This document shows, piece after piece, positions 23,370 through 36,427 of a stretch of DNA of 64,000 nucleotides. Source of the stretch: Cladosporium halotolerans (Eukaryota). Position numbers and translations under genes: made by a program. The DNA lies in contig NW_027191460.1 of the NCBI RefSeq assembly GCF_011745625.1, forward strand, positions 62,001-126,000. Direction: 5' to 3'. The notes under the pieces were generated by a model that saw nothing but the letters and a program-made list of their open reading frames with translations, had not been told where the DNA came from and made no database searches. Numbering within the stretch: the first letter of the stretch is position 1; every line of letters starts with the position of its first letter.

Positions 23370-26300
23370 ATGTCTGACGAGCTCAACGATCTCTTCACGC
23401 GCCTAAAGGCGCAGCACGCTTCTGAGAATTCTCAGCAGCCACCTCAGATGTCGTTCTGGACGCAGTCGCCGCCGCAACACGGCTATCAACCGCCCAGCGT
23501 GTCGTCGCCGCTTTTCAGCCCGCCTGCTGAGACCCCGAATCCGCACCACCCTTCCAATGTGATCAGCCCTGCGAGCAGGAACTCACCTTTCCCTACACCT
23601 GGTCCTCACAACCAGACGCAAGAGCAGAACCGGGCGCATAATTTGCTGAATCTACTGAGGTCCAATGGCGCGCAGGCACCTGCCGAAGGCGGCCTCATGG
23701 CAGGTCTGCAGAACGTCCAGACGCCGGATAACTTGCAGCGCACTCCCAGCGCGCAGCAGAAGAACATGCTGTCGACTTCTGACCTTGTGGCCTCTCTGCA
23801 GCGCAGGCCGTCAGCTCAGGCGGCTCCGCCTGCGGATGCCGCTCAAGCTCCTAAGCTCTTCGAGTCTACCGCTGGCCAGGCAAACACTCAAGACTTCCTG
23901 CTCAATTTGCTTACCAAACCCGCCAAGAAGGCATCGTCGGCAGCAAGCCAGGCTGGAAGCACTGTCTCTGACCTGAACAAGAAGGCGAATGACATCTCGT
24001 CCGTCAACAAGCTTGCTCAGTCCCTGGCCGACACCTCGATCCAGTCTTCAGCCTCGCCGAAGCCGGAAGCCTCGCCCGCAAACCCTCTTGCCAGTCCTTC
24101 TGACTCCGTCACATTGCAGGCTCCTCAACCGACCAAGGGCGGCATCTTCAGCTACGTGAACCCATTCGACCAGTTGCACGAGTCTTCTCCGTTGAATCGC
24201 ACCCCGCAGCCTCAGGTCCAGGAGAAGAGAATTGAGATATTGAAGCACGATCGCGCCGTGTCCGACTCACTTAACGGGGAGTCAAGCGCGCCAGCCGCGA
24301 AACATGTGAAGCTCTCCTCACCCAACAACCAGCCCGCGCCTCAAGCGCCAGAGACCGTGAAAAGTCCTCAGAGCGTGTCCAAGAAATTGGAAGAGGTGTC
24401 TAGCCAGGTGCAAGATGAGGCCGCGCAGGCCCTTGCTACCGCGATCAAGAAGGAAGCGCCCGCCTTGGCGAAATCCAAGGAAGTCGTTGTTCCGGTTGTT
24501 GAAAAGCAAGCCGGCGATGAAACCGTAGACACTGATTGGTCAACGGCTGAGGATGAGGATACCAAACAGGAGGAAGACGCGAAGGTCGAGGTCTTCAACT
24601 TCCCGATGAAGCCTTTTGTCACTTTGCAACTCACCAGCCATCGCGCTGCGAGACCGTTCAGGCCTTCGACGTGGGAGAGCGCCACTCCTATTGCCCGCCT
24701 CAAGAAGGAGTTCTCGCACGACGACCGCGCTCTTGCAACGGCTTCGCAGAGCCACATCATCTATGCAGTCGTTCCGAATGAGAAGAAGCCTGACACCGGC
24801 CTAAAGATCATTCGCCAAGAGGACGGCAAGAACAAGCACGTCTGGGCTAAGACCGGCGAACGCCTGTGCAATGTACAGGTTTCGTCTTTCACGCAGAGCG
24901 ATGTAGAGTCTGTGCTTGCCACTGGTGTTAATGGCACCATCTTCTACACCACTCTTGCGAAGTCCCGCGGAGACTTATTTGACGATGACAACGTCGAGGC
25001 CCAAGGCTTCATTATGTCGCCACCGCCCAATTCTGATGAGCCGAGCTCATCCTCTACTTTTGGCACCAGCTCAGCAATCAAGACTCGCGCCAAGTTGAGT
25101 AACAGGCATTCCGATCAGTACTTCGCTGTCGCAAGAGGACGTCAGATTCATCTAATTGCCCCTGAAATTGTCAAGGATCGCGCATACACCGATCGGAATA
25201 CCAACGTGGTCCACACGGAGAAATATCTGGCGGAGCACAGCCTTAGCATTAATACTGCCAAGGCTGGAAAAGACTTCTGCTTCTCCGAGGATGACACCAC
25301 TCTTATCAGTCTCGACAAGGTCGGCAAGGTCAAGTTTTGGGACATTCGTTCCTTGACATCGGCCATTGATCCCGACGGCCAGGGGTCGTTTGACAAGGCC
25401 CCTCGCAGCGAGCTCAAGGAGCCGATGTTTAGCTTTGCAGCAGGAGCATCGCCCCTGCACCCAGATGACAAGATGTCGCCCAGCTCGGTGATGCTCCTCG
25501 ACAAGGACCGCCCCTGCGCTAAGGGCGTTGCGCTGCGCTACTTGCTTGTTGGATTCCAGCAGAACCATATCCTTCAGCTCTGGGATCTCGGCCTCGGTAA
25601 ATGTGTACAGGAGCTGCGCTTCCCCGAGTCGCCGGGCTCTACGAACGCAATGTGCACCGTCAACTACCACCCAAAGTCTGGCATCATCTGCGTCAGTCAC
25701 CCGGGACGGAACAGCATCTACTTCATCCATCTGTCTGCTCCGCGATACAACCTGCCGCAAATGTCGCAAGCTGCCTACATCAACCTCCTTTCCCGCCAGG
25801 ACCAGAGCTTGCCGCGTCCGGAGAGCACTGCCATTATGAGTGGTATGCGCGAGTATTCTCTCGGCAAGGTCGGTGATCTTAGATCTGTCGACATGCTTAA
25901 GACTCCGTTCCCTGCCAGCAACCAGCCGGAAGACGCTGCTCTCGAGACGCTTTTCGAGCTGTACATCGAGCACAGCAAGGGCGTCGTCGGGATGCTCATT
26001 AAGCGTGACGATCTCGGCTGGGACGCCAAGGGCAAGATGGTCAAGCCCAAGGACGCTATTGAGGCCGGGGTGGTCAAGGTCGGAGAACTCACCCCTTCGC
26101 GTCCTGCCGAATCTTCCAACACTTCGCAGCCTGAGCTTCCTGTCCACAAGCCTGTCAAGTCGAAGAAGGAGCGGGAGACCACGAAGCCCGAGCCGAAGGT
26201 GCAAGTCAAGGAAGCACCGCAGCCGGCATCTACGCAAGCTACCAACGGCAACGCTCCACTGGCTCAAGCGGAGCCGTTCAGGCAGGTTCCGGAAGCACCT

Positions 26301-27698
26301 TCTGCCACGAACCCACCTCTGATGACCCCGGATAGCTACGCCATGGCTGCGCAGAAAGCCAAGTCACCGTCCCATGAGCGCGAGGCTGAAACGCCTGCGC
26401 CCGCGCCCGCGCAGGAGCCGAGTCCGAAGGCGTCAGCTCCTTCTGCGAAGCCGACCGCAACACCTGCCGTCCCAACGGCTGTCGACACCAACATGCAGGA
26501 TTTCCTCACGAAAGAGTTTACTGGCTTGTACCAGAAGCTCGATCAAGATAAGCGCGTGGCAGATGCATCTAGTGCTGCGAAGCAAGACGCCATTCTACGC
26601 CTTGTGTCCAGTACGCTGACAGAGAACGTGGAGAGCACCCTCCACAAGATCGTCAGCACCAGCATTGAAAGCAAGGTCGTTCCTCACCTGACCAACAACA
26701 CTTCGAAGGTCATCGAGCGTAAGCTGTCCGAGACTCTGAACAAGCAGGTCGGCGACTCTATGGCGAAGGAGCTGAAGGCTGCTGTCCCCGCTGCGATCTC
26801 CGCTGCTCTTCGCGATGGACAGGTGACTCGCGCCTTGTCGGCCCACATTGTTGATGAAGTCACCAAGCAAGTCAAGATGGACATGGGCGGCCTTGTGCAG
26901 CGCTCAATGCAGACCGTGCAGACGAACATGGCCTCCCAAATGACGCAGTCCTCTCAATCCACGCAAAAGGCTATCCTCGACGTCGAGTCCAAGCTCAGCG
27001 CCAACATTCGCGAGATGTCGCAGCACCAATCTAAGCAGAATGAGATGCTGGCGCAGCTTACCTCTAGCGTGCGTGACCTCGCTTCGATGGTGCAGAGCAT
27101 GAAGACAGAGCACGGTCGTCTTCTTGACCAGCTTTCTCAGCAACCGCATGCTCCTCAAGCTGCGCAGCGTGGCGTTGAGCCGGAGCCTGAGACCTCATCG
27201 ACCGGAGAGCCAACGGAAATCGCGAGGCTCACGCAGATGCTGAAGGAGACGAACTACCAGCAAGCCACGATCGAATGGCTGCAGTCGCCCAACCAGGCCG
27301 AGCTTTTCGATAATCTCTTCATGTACCTCAACCCGCTGTACCTTCAGCAGGTCTCTTCTCTGGTGGCCCTTTCTGTCTCTGCGGCTATCACGTCCAGCTT
27401 CGAGACCAATGTTGACAAGCGTCTGGACTGGCTTGGCACCATTGTGTCGAACATTGACACCGCTGTAAGTTCACCTCACATCTTCTTATAGCTTGGTAGG
27501 AACAATTTGCTGATCTCACGTCAAACACAGGACCCAGACATTCGCGACGTCGCACCCAAGATCATGGACGTGCTTCACCAGCGCCTGCAGGGCGCCTACA
27601 TGCAACTCGCCGAGTCGGAGCCGCGCGACGACCACGCCTTGCGCAAGATGTTCGCTCTTACTAGGCAGATCGTGGACGTAAGAACCATGCTTGGATGA
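23370..27698 (+). CDS. EDC4: EDC4/Pdc1-like mRNA-decapping scaffold (WD40 propeller plus C-terminal helical domain)
   Basis: 1373-aa ORF plus last exon after intron 27465-27530. Disordered N-terminus with LLNLL/FLLNLL helical motifs, WD-like KVKFWDI and ILQLWDL, and a coiled C-terminus. Confidence 0.8.
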
Positions 27699-28455
27699 GT
27701 ACAATCCTCAGACAGATCGCGCTGTATCTGTATTTCATGCGCCACGAGTATGCGGGGGATGATGAGATGAAGGGCTAATGCTGGGATGGAGGCTCAGAGG
27801 GAATCCAATGCTTGTAGTAATGGAGTGAGAGGTGGCGCCATAGCGTGTTAGCCTGTATCAAAGCGTGTTTAGCTAATCGAATGTCGAGTCCAGGAATGCT
27901 CTTATGCGCTGTTAAGGAGAAGTAGGGAGGCGAGATGAGGGTGAGACCCTGTGGATCCTTACTTTATGCTATACCGAAGCCGCTATTCCGTGACCAAGGA
28001 CTGCTTGCTGTGAGTAATCGCATCGCTTTCTACAGACTTGAAAGTCTCCTCTGTAGGACACGCTCGAGTGGTACGCGTATCCTAATGTACCAACATGATC
28101 TTCCTGGCCATGCATAGAGCTAGCGGTGTTCGCATGTGGGACGGGGCGGATGCGTGTCTGACGTGTGTCGATCGTCCGCGTCAAATGCGATGCGGCCTGG
28201 CCCGAGCGCGGAAACGTTGGTCGCCGTTTCACCCTCTCACAACGGAAAGGGATCGGGATCCATTGAAAGTTGGCCTGATATCGCTGCACACAACACAACA
28301 CGTCCTTGCGCAACCTCAGCTCACGACTCACCTTTGCCTACCAACTCGTATACTCGAACAACACGTGGCTACGTGCGCTCTCTAACTGCGATCGCTTTGC
28401 ACTCAAGCGCAGCCCACCACTACAATCACAAGCCCGCGCGCGATAGGCCGCAATC

Positions 28456-29432
28456 ATGAACATCTTCCGGATACTGGGTATGAGCTTTCGTCTGAAGCAT
28501 TTCGCGAGGAGCCGATCGAAACAGACACGGATAGCTGACAGAATGATGTCTAACAGGAGATCTCTCCCATCTTGCCTCCCTCTTCATACTGATCGCGAAG
28601 ATGCGAAGCTCGAGTGTACGTTCCTCTCCGAAAATAGACGACAGAGAGAACGAGGACTGCGAAAGATCGGCTTGGAACACACAACTGACAATCGCGACAA
28701 CAGAGCGCTTCGGGTATCTCGTTCAAAAGCCAGTTTCTCTACATGATGGTATACGCTACGCGCTACATTGGTACGTCCAGCCTTGAGAGCAGCAACAGCA
28801 TCCGAGCTATGCGCTCCCTGCGCTCCAAGTCAGCATGGCAGCAGCTGACGATGCCGCTTCCCAGATCTCTTCTGGACAAACCCCACCACCTCCCTCTGGA
28901 ACACGACCTTCAAGATCATCTTCATCGGCGCGCAAGCCTACATCGTCTACCTGATGCTCAACGACTACAAGCCCACGCACGACCCGAACCAGGACACCTT
29001 CCGCGTCGAGTACCTGCTCGGCGGCGCCGCCGTGCTCGGTGTGCTGTTCCCCTACAAGTACAACCCGGGCGAGATGCTGTGGGCCTTCAGCATCTGGCTC
29101 GAGAGTGTCGCGATCTTGCCGCAGCTGTTCATGCTGCAGCGCACCGGCAGCGCGGAAACGATCACCACCCACTACCTGTTCGCGCTGGGCGCCTATAGGG
29201 CGCTGTACATCCCGAACTGGATCTGGAGGTATGTCGAGGATTTCGGGAACCGTCGAATTCAAGAGACGAGAATGCGACCGCTGACAATCCACCAAACAGG
29301 TACGCCACGGAAGGCCACTTCGACCCGATCCCCGTCATGGCCGGCCTGATCCAGACCGTCCTGTACACCGACTTCTTCTACATCTACTGGACCAAGATCA
29401 TGCAGGGCAAGCAGTTCAACCTGCCCGTATAA
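28456..29432 (+). CDS. ERD2: ER lumen protein-retaining (HDEL/KDEL) receptor
   Basis: MNIFRILG/DLSHLAS, GISFKSQFLY, TRYI/DLF, DTFRVEYLL, FSIWLESVAILPQLFMLQRTG, YRALYIPNWI and QTVLYTDFFYIY. Four introns; TAA at 29430-29432. Confidence 0.97.
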
Positions 29433-29976
29433 AGGGAGACGCGAAACGTACGCGAGCTCGAGAGCACGTCGGTTGCGCCATCCTGCGGGTTTTCCACGCC
29501 TGACAATGATGTGAGGTCGAATACGAGAAAAGGTCAATGTTAGGAAATGCACAGCGTGCGGAGACTTTCTCCGCCGGAAGCGACAGGCGTTTGAGGCGCA
29601 CACGGGCTGCCAGGCGGGGGTCGAACGAGGATCCGTGAGGAGGGTTGGGAACAAGGGACCTGACCTGCTAATGCGGACGAAAAGGAGCTGGCGGGTTTTA
29701 CGTGTCGTAAGAGTACGGCGCTACTACTTGTGCATGGAGCGAGCGAGCATCATTATCATCAAAAGAATCGAAAAAGCTCAATTCCACACCACTTCTTCAA
29801 GACAGCGCTTCAATTTCCATTGTATTGTGGCGTTCAGAATACTGCAGGATTTAGTGAAGCAAGAATCCGCGTACGCGTGATCAAAATGCAGCGTTTCGAT
29901 TACGGAGCGACGAAATCTATGCGCGCTTTGGACAGCGTCGAAATCAAGCAAAAAGCACACAAACATCAACCCTTCT

Positions 29977-32595
29977 CTACCTCGTCGCAAAGCTCGACCT
30001 AGTCGGGCTGCGCACCCCAGGCGTCCCAGCGCCCTGCGCCGCCGGACTCGACCTAGGCGCCGGCGACAGCGCAAAGTTGCCCACGGGCGGCAGCCTCGCC
30101 GCGGCAGCAGAAGCCATCGCGTCCCCCTCCGCGACATCCATAGCGTCGCCCTCGTTTCCTACTACTTCCTCCTCGTCCGTCCCATCCCTGCTGGCGCGCC
30201 ACTCCTCCGTCTCCTCGCGCAGCGTTTCCAGCACGTCCTCGCGCTGGTTCACGAGCATGTCGCTGATGTGCTCGCCGCGGGCCTTCAGCACGCGGCCGAA
30301 CTTCTTCTTCGGCTTCTGTGCGAAGTCTGAGGACCAGAAGTTGTGCTCACTAGCGAGCCAGATGGTCGAGGTGCGATAGTACCAAGGCGAGAGCATATCG
30401 TTCGTCTGCGAGCGGCAGGCTTGCAAAGGTACGTCCTCGATGAAGTGAAGCGTGCGGTCGATGCGGTCCATGGCCACATCTTCGTGGGCACGGATCCAAT
30501 TGGTGATTGCTACGTGGCCCACGTTGGTGCCCATGAGGAAGACGTGTGTTGAGTCTGCGAGCTCGATGTAGTTGTCCCAAAGGTAGTTGAGAAGCTCGGT
30601 AGCTTCGGCGGAGCGCTTAAGCAGGAGGTCGTTACTTTCGTACTCCTGCTCATCCTGATAGGCTGATAATTAACATGCTGTAAGTGAGTGTTAGGGTAGA
30701 AGGGATGCTTACGTCGTCTTCGGTGATATGCTTCGGGAGGTTGACGTCGATGACTGCAAATCCGAGCTTGATGGCCGCTGAGACGTATGACTTTACCGGA
30801 TCAGCCTTGGAACTGTCAGTATCGTCCTGTGCGGGACGCACAGTTTGAGAGTCGCTTACCAGCCATGTGTTATGTAATTCAAGCTTCCCTGTGCGAGGAT
30901 CCGGTGAAGCAAGCAGCTCCGGGGGGTCGTGCATAATGACCAACAATGGGCGCTCTTCCATATAGTTTGGCCTACAGAGGGAGTTAGCCGGTTCAGGCTT
31001 TTTCAGCAATCGTCTTGGGGGCGTACTTACGTTGCAAGGACTTGTTTCTCGAAAGACTTGGAGAGAGACTCCCGGTGAACAAACAGAGGTGACATTGAAA
31101 AGTCATCCCAAAGACTACTGGCCTGCATGTGGCGAACGATATCATGCATCCTCTCACCCTGTAATGACCCAGCCAATCTTGAGGACATATCTTTCGGGTA
31201 TAGGCTAGCCCAGAACCTGCTCTGTTGTCGGAGCACGGCTTTGATATCGTCAACACTGCTCGGTGCAGGATCAACATTCTCAAGTCGGTCTGGAGGCTCG
31301 CCCATCAGCGTCCTACTGACCGCGGTGGCAGATCGTGCAATCGAGTCCAGATTGTATCCACCTTCCAAACAGACAGCGACCTTGCCTCCGGCCAAAGACA
31401 TCAGCATATGGGTCATGTGAGCATAGCCAGCTGGTGTCACCTTACAGCCACCGAGCATATCACCTTCGGCAGCATCAAAGCCTGCTGCGATGATAACCAG
31501 GTCAGGGTTGAACTCGGTAGCTATAGGCATAACCACTTGCTGGAACGCGTAGATATAGTCAGCATCCCCCATACCCTTCTTGCTCCAAGGAATGTTGACA
31601 TTTCGCCCGAGGCCCGCTCCCTCGCCGCAGTGCAGATGGTCACCGTACGGCCCACGTCTGTCACGATAGGAAAGCTCTGGATAGAATCTTCCATTCTCGT
31701 GCACGTGTAGGGAAACATAGAGGACATTGGGATCGTCATAATTCGCCTGCTGAATGCCGTTCCCGTGGTGTACGTCCCAGTCCAAGATGAAGACCTTACG
31801 GCATTCTGGGCCGAACTCCCTTTGACAGACCTTTGTCGCAATACTGACATTGTCGTAAAAGCAAAACCCCTTTGCGTCTTCACGCTCGGCATGATGGCCG
31901 GGTGGACGGATGATGGCGAAGACATTCTTCACTTTTCCTAATAGAATGGCCCGGCACGCTTCGATTGCACCTCCTGCAGACAAAGCAGCGCAATACGGAG
32001 TACTCGGCGACATGTAGACCGAATCCATCCTCTCCTGATCAAGAGGATGCTGCAGCTCTTCTGTAAGCTCCTCCGCCGTCTTGTGCGTCAGGCTTTGCAC
32101 CCAGTCCCAATGTGCCTTCGTATGCACTAAGCGAACTTCTTCTTCAGTCACCATTCGAGCATCAATACGCCCCATGTAGTAGTCCGTCAGGGGCCCAGAA
32201 GTCGACTCCCGCCAAGCCAAGCCGGCTTGTACGAATGCCTCGAAAATGGCGTGGATTCGCCTTGGATCCTCCGGATGCACATCTTCGTCCGTGGGTATCG
32301 CCTCCACGTGGAAGCGCATCCGGACATCGTAGATCAGCCCTGTTTGTGCCGAAGCGTACGGCAAGTTTCTGAATTTAGGAGGCCTGGGAGCATCCTTCAG
32401 CTGCGTAAGCTGTTGATCGAAATTGTCACTTCCCTGCTTCAGGCCTGAGCCTTTCAGCGGAGTTGACGTCTTGGAAAGCACTGTATTGCCATTCGCGGTT
32501 GCTAGGATGGCCGACTGATTCTCCAAAGGTAGAGTATTCGCTGGAGCGAATTCTGTTGAGGTCACGACATCTCCATCTGACATGAAAGTGTCCAT
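29977..32595 (-). CDS. HDA1: Class II histone deacetylase Hda1/Clr3 with C-terminal Arb2 domain
   Basis: HPEDPRRI, IRPPGHHAE, GFC, LDWDVHHGNG, AGFDAAEGD and LEGGYNL. Three introns in the 3' Arb2-coding part. Confidence 0.96.
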
Positions 32596-33300
32596 TACCG
32601 CTCTAGTAGCGGCGGTACTCGCTATTGATACTCATGCAAGCTTAGTACCTAAGGGTGGCGTCAGGAGAAGGAGATGGACTTCGCTAGAATACTATTAGTA
32701 TGTAGTTCTAGAACGTAGGCGTAATACTAGTATAATCGGAATAAGTTTAGAATAGGTTAATAGTTACTTACATTACGGCCGACTCGTAAGGTACGAGTAC
32801 TCAGAGTAGACTCGAGGTAGAATAAAGAGGTTGTTACGGCTGCTAGAACCCCTTGTGGGTGATGTTGAACTCGTGTGCAGACCAGAAAGGCGGAAACGAC
32901 AGTAGATATCGCGGTAAGGATGTGGCTTGCGATGGCAAACGCGTGTAGTGCCGCGGTCGCTACGACAAGATAGCAAGTGGTTGAGGCCAGCGGTTGGTGG
33001 TATATGCGTGCGTAGGGCGACAGGATCCTTATGAGGACTGTGAAGACCTATAGTAAAGAAGGATCGTGCTACGGAGTGGTCAATGTTAAGTGAACCGTAA
33101 ATCCAAGGGTAAGGTACCGGTAGGTAGGTATTGGTCGCGGACGACGCCTTACCGGATTGGGCATAGCGTACTATCACAACAACTCATACCACATGATTTA
33201 TACAACGCTTCCTCACCTTCACTAGATGAGGTGATGGCAACGTGTTGGTCATCTCAGCATTGGACTGTGACTGAACCGTATTGAGGATAGTGACGGTAGA
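32596..33300. other. TpA-rich, CpA/TpG-poor tract resembling repeat-induced point mutation (RIP)
   Basis: For example ctagaatactattagtatgtagttctagaacgtaggcgtaatactagtataatc. Composition differs sharply from the other intergenic regions (judged by eye). Confidence 0.65.
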
Positions 33301-33704
33301 GCGTACGGTGGGCAGACTGCCGGTAAAGGCAGCGTCCCGCCCTTGAGATCTGTGAAAGCACATGCTTTCACGTCAAACACCTAAGATCGATCCTCTTGCC
33401 AGGCGAAGGTCTGATCCCTATCACGGTCAAGATCGCGGTACGACTCAGCGTACGGTCGCGAAGGAGGAGACCGCGGTAGTGAAGCCATACCGTGACGGTT
33501 CGCACCGCGGCGACATTGACCGGGTACTCTTGAAGTAGCTGAAATGATCATTGAGTAAATGAAGGCACATGTAAGCATGCAGCATATTTCCGAACCATCT
33601 AATTACAATATCTGCCGTAGGAAGACGCTGTTGGTTCGCTTCTCTATACCGTGAACGCCAAGCACCCAACATGATACAATGAAACCATAGCGACGTTACC
33701 GCCA

Positions 33705-35699
33705 TCACAAGATCAACCACACCGTAGCCGCGAGCGCCAATATAGCCGCTTTCACGAATCCGATCCCGGCACTGCCGGCACCGTTCTGGTAGAACACCGC
33801 GCCCAAATAGCTGCACTTCACCTTTCCTGCATCGTCTCTCGTGCCGTAGCTCCTCTCCAGACCCTTTTTCTTAGACGGACACCCAATACCCATAGACGCA
33901 GGGCACTTCTGCACGAGACTGTAGCACAGATCTTCGCAAGGCAAAACCTCCTTGTACGGCCCAGGCATGATATCCAAATCGATGATCTCGTGATTGCGCG
34001 AGCGGTTCGTGGCGAACGTGGACATGTACGTCTGGCTCCAAGCAGGAGATCCAGGGAGAGTCGGCGCGCCCTCCATTGGCACGTACGAGGCGTTGAGGTA
34101 GTCGAAAGGCAGCGAGGTGCCGTTCGCGAAAGTCTGCGCGACGTTGCGCGGCTGCAGCCAGTCATACTCCGCGCTGAAATCCTCGCACCGCGGGATCGTG
34201 ACCGCACAGAGCCACTCCTTATAAGCGTCGGCGCAGTCCTCGCAGGAGCGCGATGGGCTGTACGCGGAGTCGGAGGAGGCGTTGCAGGCGACTTGCTGCA
34301 TGGAGTAGGTGAAGTTCGCGTACAGGGCGGCGGCGTAGGAGTCGTAGCGCGCGGCGAGGCTGTCGCGGGATGGGTAGGTGAGGGAGTTTGCCGGGACGGC
34401 GTAGGCGACTTCGGAGCAGAAGGACAGGTCGAACATGAGGGCACAATTGCCGTCAGCTTTGGTTTGCCAGTCTGTGGGTGCCCAGACTGTGCCGCCGCCT
34501 CCGATGACACCGGGGCCACTGGCGGTGGAGTTGCCTTCCATGGCAAGTGTGCCAAAGTAGCCACTTGAGCTGTTCAACCTGGAGACGTAGAACTGCTGCT
34601 TTGGCTTATTGCCCAGTCCACGAGACACCATACCCATTTCGATATGGGAAATCGTTCCCGAAGTGTCACTCGAGGATGCCTGCATTTGCGCGTTCGTCTT
34701 GAGACCACAAAATGATTTCGACAAACCGAGAGACCGAGTGTAGTTCGAATTGCCGGCAAACATCATGAATGGAGGCGGGGATAGGTTCATCCACTCGGAG
34801 TACACCTCCGAGCCATTGTCAGCCTGGGTGAGGTTGTCCGTTACCAGCAACGCAGAGGTCGTGTCGGTATCCACCAGGAACATGAATGGCGTAGCGTTCT
34901 CCGCCTTGTGATAGTAGTCGTCGATCGACACAGCGATCTCGTAGTTCCAGCCGCCAGTGAATGTATCCGGAGGTTGCGGAGCATGCACGGCCAAGTAGAT
35001 ATCATCACTCGCAGTGATATTGGCATGTGCGAAGCCTTCATCCAGGGGAACAACCACCTGCCCTCCGCTGCTATCAGGCCCGGGTCTCTCATTGTCCGCC
35101 GACGTCCCGACATAAAGCGTCAGCTGCGGCGGCGCGCTCGACTGCGTCCCGGTGCCATTATACGTCGGCTGCAAACACGTATTGATCGAGACGAACACAG
35201 TCCTAGGCTCCGAGCTCGTCTGCCTCCGCTCAACCCCCTCCCCGTCTTCAGCCCCATCCAAGTCCCGTCTACGCAGCTCTTCATGCCGTTCGGCGCCCTC
35301 CTCCTTCTCCGCCTCAAACAACGGGCTCGGCAGACCCGCGCCTCTGTCCCCATACGGCCCATGCAGCAGCCTCTCAGGATACCGCCACCGCGCCGTCTGG
35401 CCCGCGAGAATGTTCAAATTGTCGCCCGCATTGTTCGCCGAAATCCCAACCAACTCTGGCTCATTTTCGTCCTGCCTCTCCAACAGTCCAAGCTCATCAC
35501 CCTCAAGGTCCTCCAATTCGTCTATCCGGTGCCAATTGTGGTCCTCGCCAGAATGTGATTCGCCATCAGCCGGATCCGCCGCGTACGCAAAATGCGGATT
35601 CGACAGCGCCCACAGCGTGATCGCGACGAGCGCGAGCGCCAGCAGCGATGCTGTGAGCCGTGATTGGAGCGGCGTCAAGTGTGGGCATTTGCAGAGCAT
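33705..35699 (-). CDS. MID1: Mid1 subunit of the Cch1-Mid1 calcium channel
   Basis: TPLQSRL at the N-terminus, VSINTCLQP, VDTDTTSALL, NCALMFDLSFCSEVAYAVP, CEDCADAYKEWLCAVTIPRC and GPYKEVLPCEDLCYSLVQKCP. Confidence 0.93.
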   Translation of the reverse strand: MLCKCPHLTPLQSRLTASLLALALVAITLWALSNPHFAYAADPADGESHSGEDHNWHRIDELEDLEGDELGLLERQDENEPELVGISANNAGDNLNILAGQTARWRYPERLLHGPYGDRGAGLPSPLFEAEKEEGAERHEELRRRDLDGAEDGEGVERRQTSSEPRTVFVSINTCLQPTYNGTGTQSSAPPQLTLYVGTSADNERPGPDSSGGQVVVPLDEGFAHANITASDDIYLAVHAPQPPDTFTGGWNYEIAVSIDDYYHKAENATPFMFLVDTDTTSALLVTDNLTQADNGSEVYSEWMNLSPPPFMMFAGNSNYTRSLGLSKSFCGLKTNAQMQASSSDTSGTISHIEMGMVSRGLGNKPKQQFYVSRLNSSSGYFGTLAMEGNSTASGPGVIGGGGTVWAPTDWQTKADGNCALMFDLSFCSEVAYAVPANSLTYPSRDSLAARYDSYAAALYANFTYSMQQVACNASSDSAYSPSRSCEDCADAYKEWLCAVTIPRCEDFSAEYDWLQPRNVAQTFANGTSLPFDYLNASYVPMEGAPTLPGSPAWSQTYMSTFATNRSRNHEIIDLDIMPGPYKEVLPCEDLCYSLVQKCPASMGIGCPSKKKGLERSYGTRDDAGKVKCSYLGAVFYQNGAGSAGIGFVKAAILALAATVWLIL

Positions 35700-36427
35700 G
35701 GTTCTCGCGCAATGCGCGCGGAGGCGCTGCGCGGTGGTGGGACGACTGCGGCGGGTGGCAGGCGAGGTTGTTCGGGCGGGTTTCGGGGTGGTATTTGGGG
35801 TCTTTGGCGTACGCGCGTGAGTGTGGGTGTTTAGTCTCCTGGACCGGTTGAAGCGGAATGGGATGGGTAGGTTATGTGTGTTGTTTTTTGAGGTGTCAAG
35901 GCACGACCATTCGGGTTTCACATGCGCGATGTCAGGGTCTGGGGATGGGATCGGCAAGTCAGGGCCGTACGGTCCGATGCAACAAGGCGAGGCGAGATCC
36001 GCAGCAAACGCGCAATCCTCCAGGCATTTGAACCGGGCACTAACTTCAAGCTATATTTTGATACACATCTCATCGTCCTTAAAGTAAAATTCGCACGTCC
36101 AGAGCCGAACTCTTCACTCAAGGCTGACCATCGATCTTGGACGTCGCCTCCGACATCTTCAGAGCCCCTGGCGCGACATTTAATACGCAAAGGATTGTAC
36201 AGAAGCAGGTCGCACGGACTTCGATCCATAGGAAGGTAATACTGGGAGCAAACATTTGGTGTAGTCGAACAAAATACATTTCGATGTCTCTTGCGAGAGT
36301 AAAAATATGTAGAGCAAGATCCCGTCTCCTCTTTCGACAAATAACACAGTCGCCCAAAGCAGGAGCTAATAGATGCGGATGAAATCAACAAAGCAAATAA
36401 TCGTCTAGACGGTCAACGTAGAACCCT

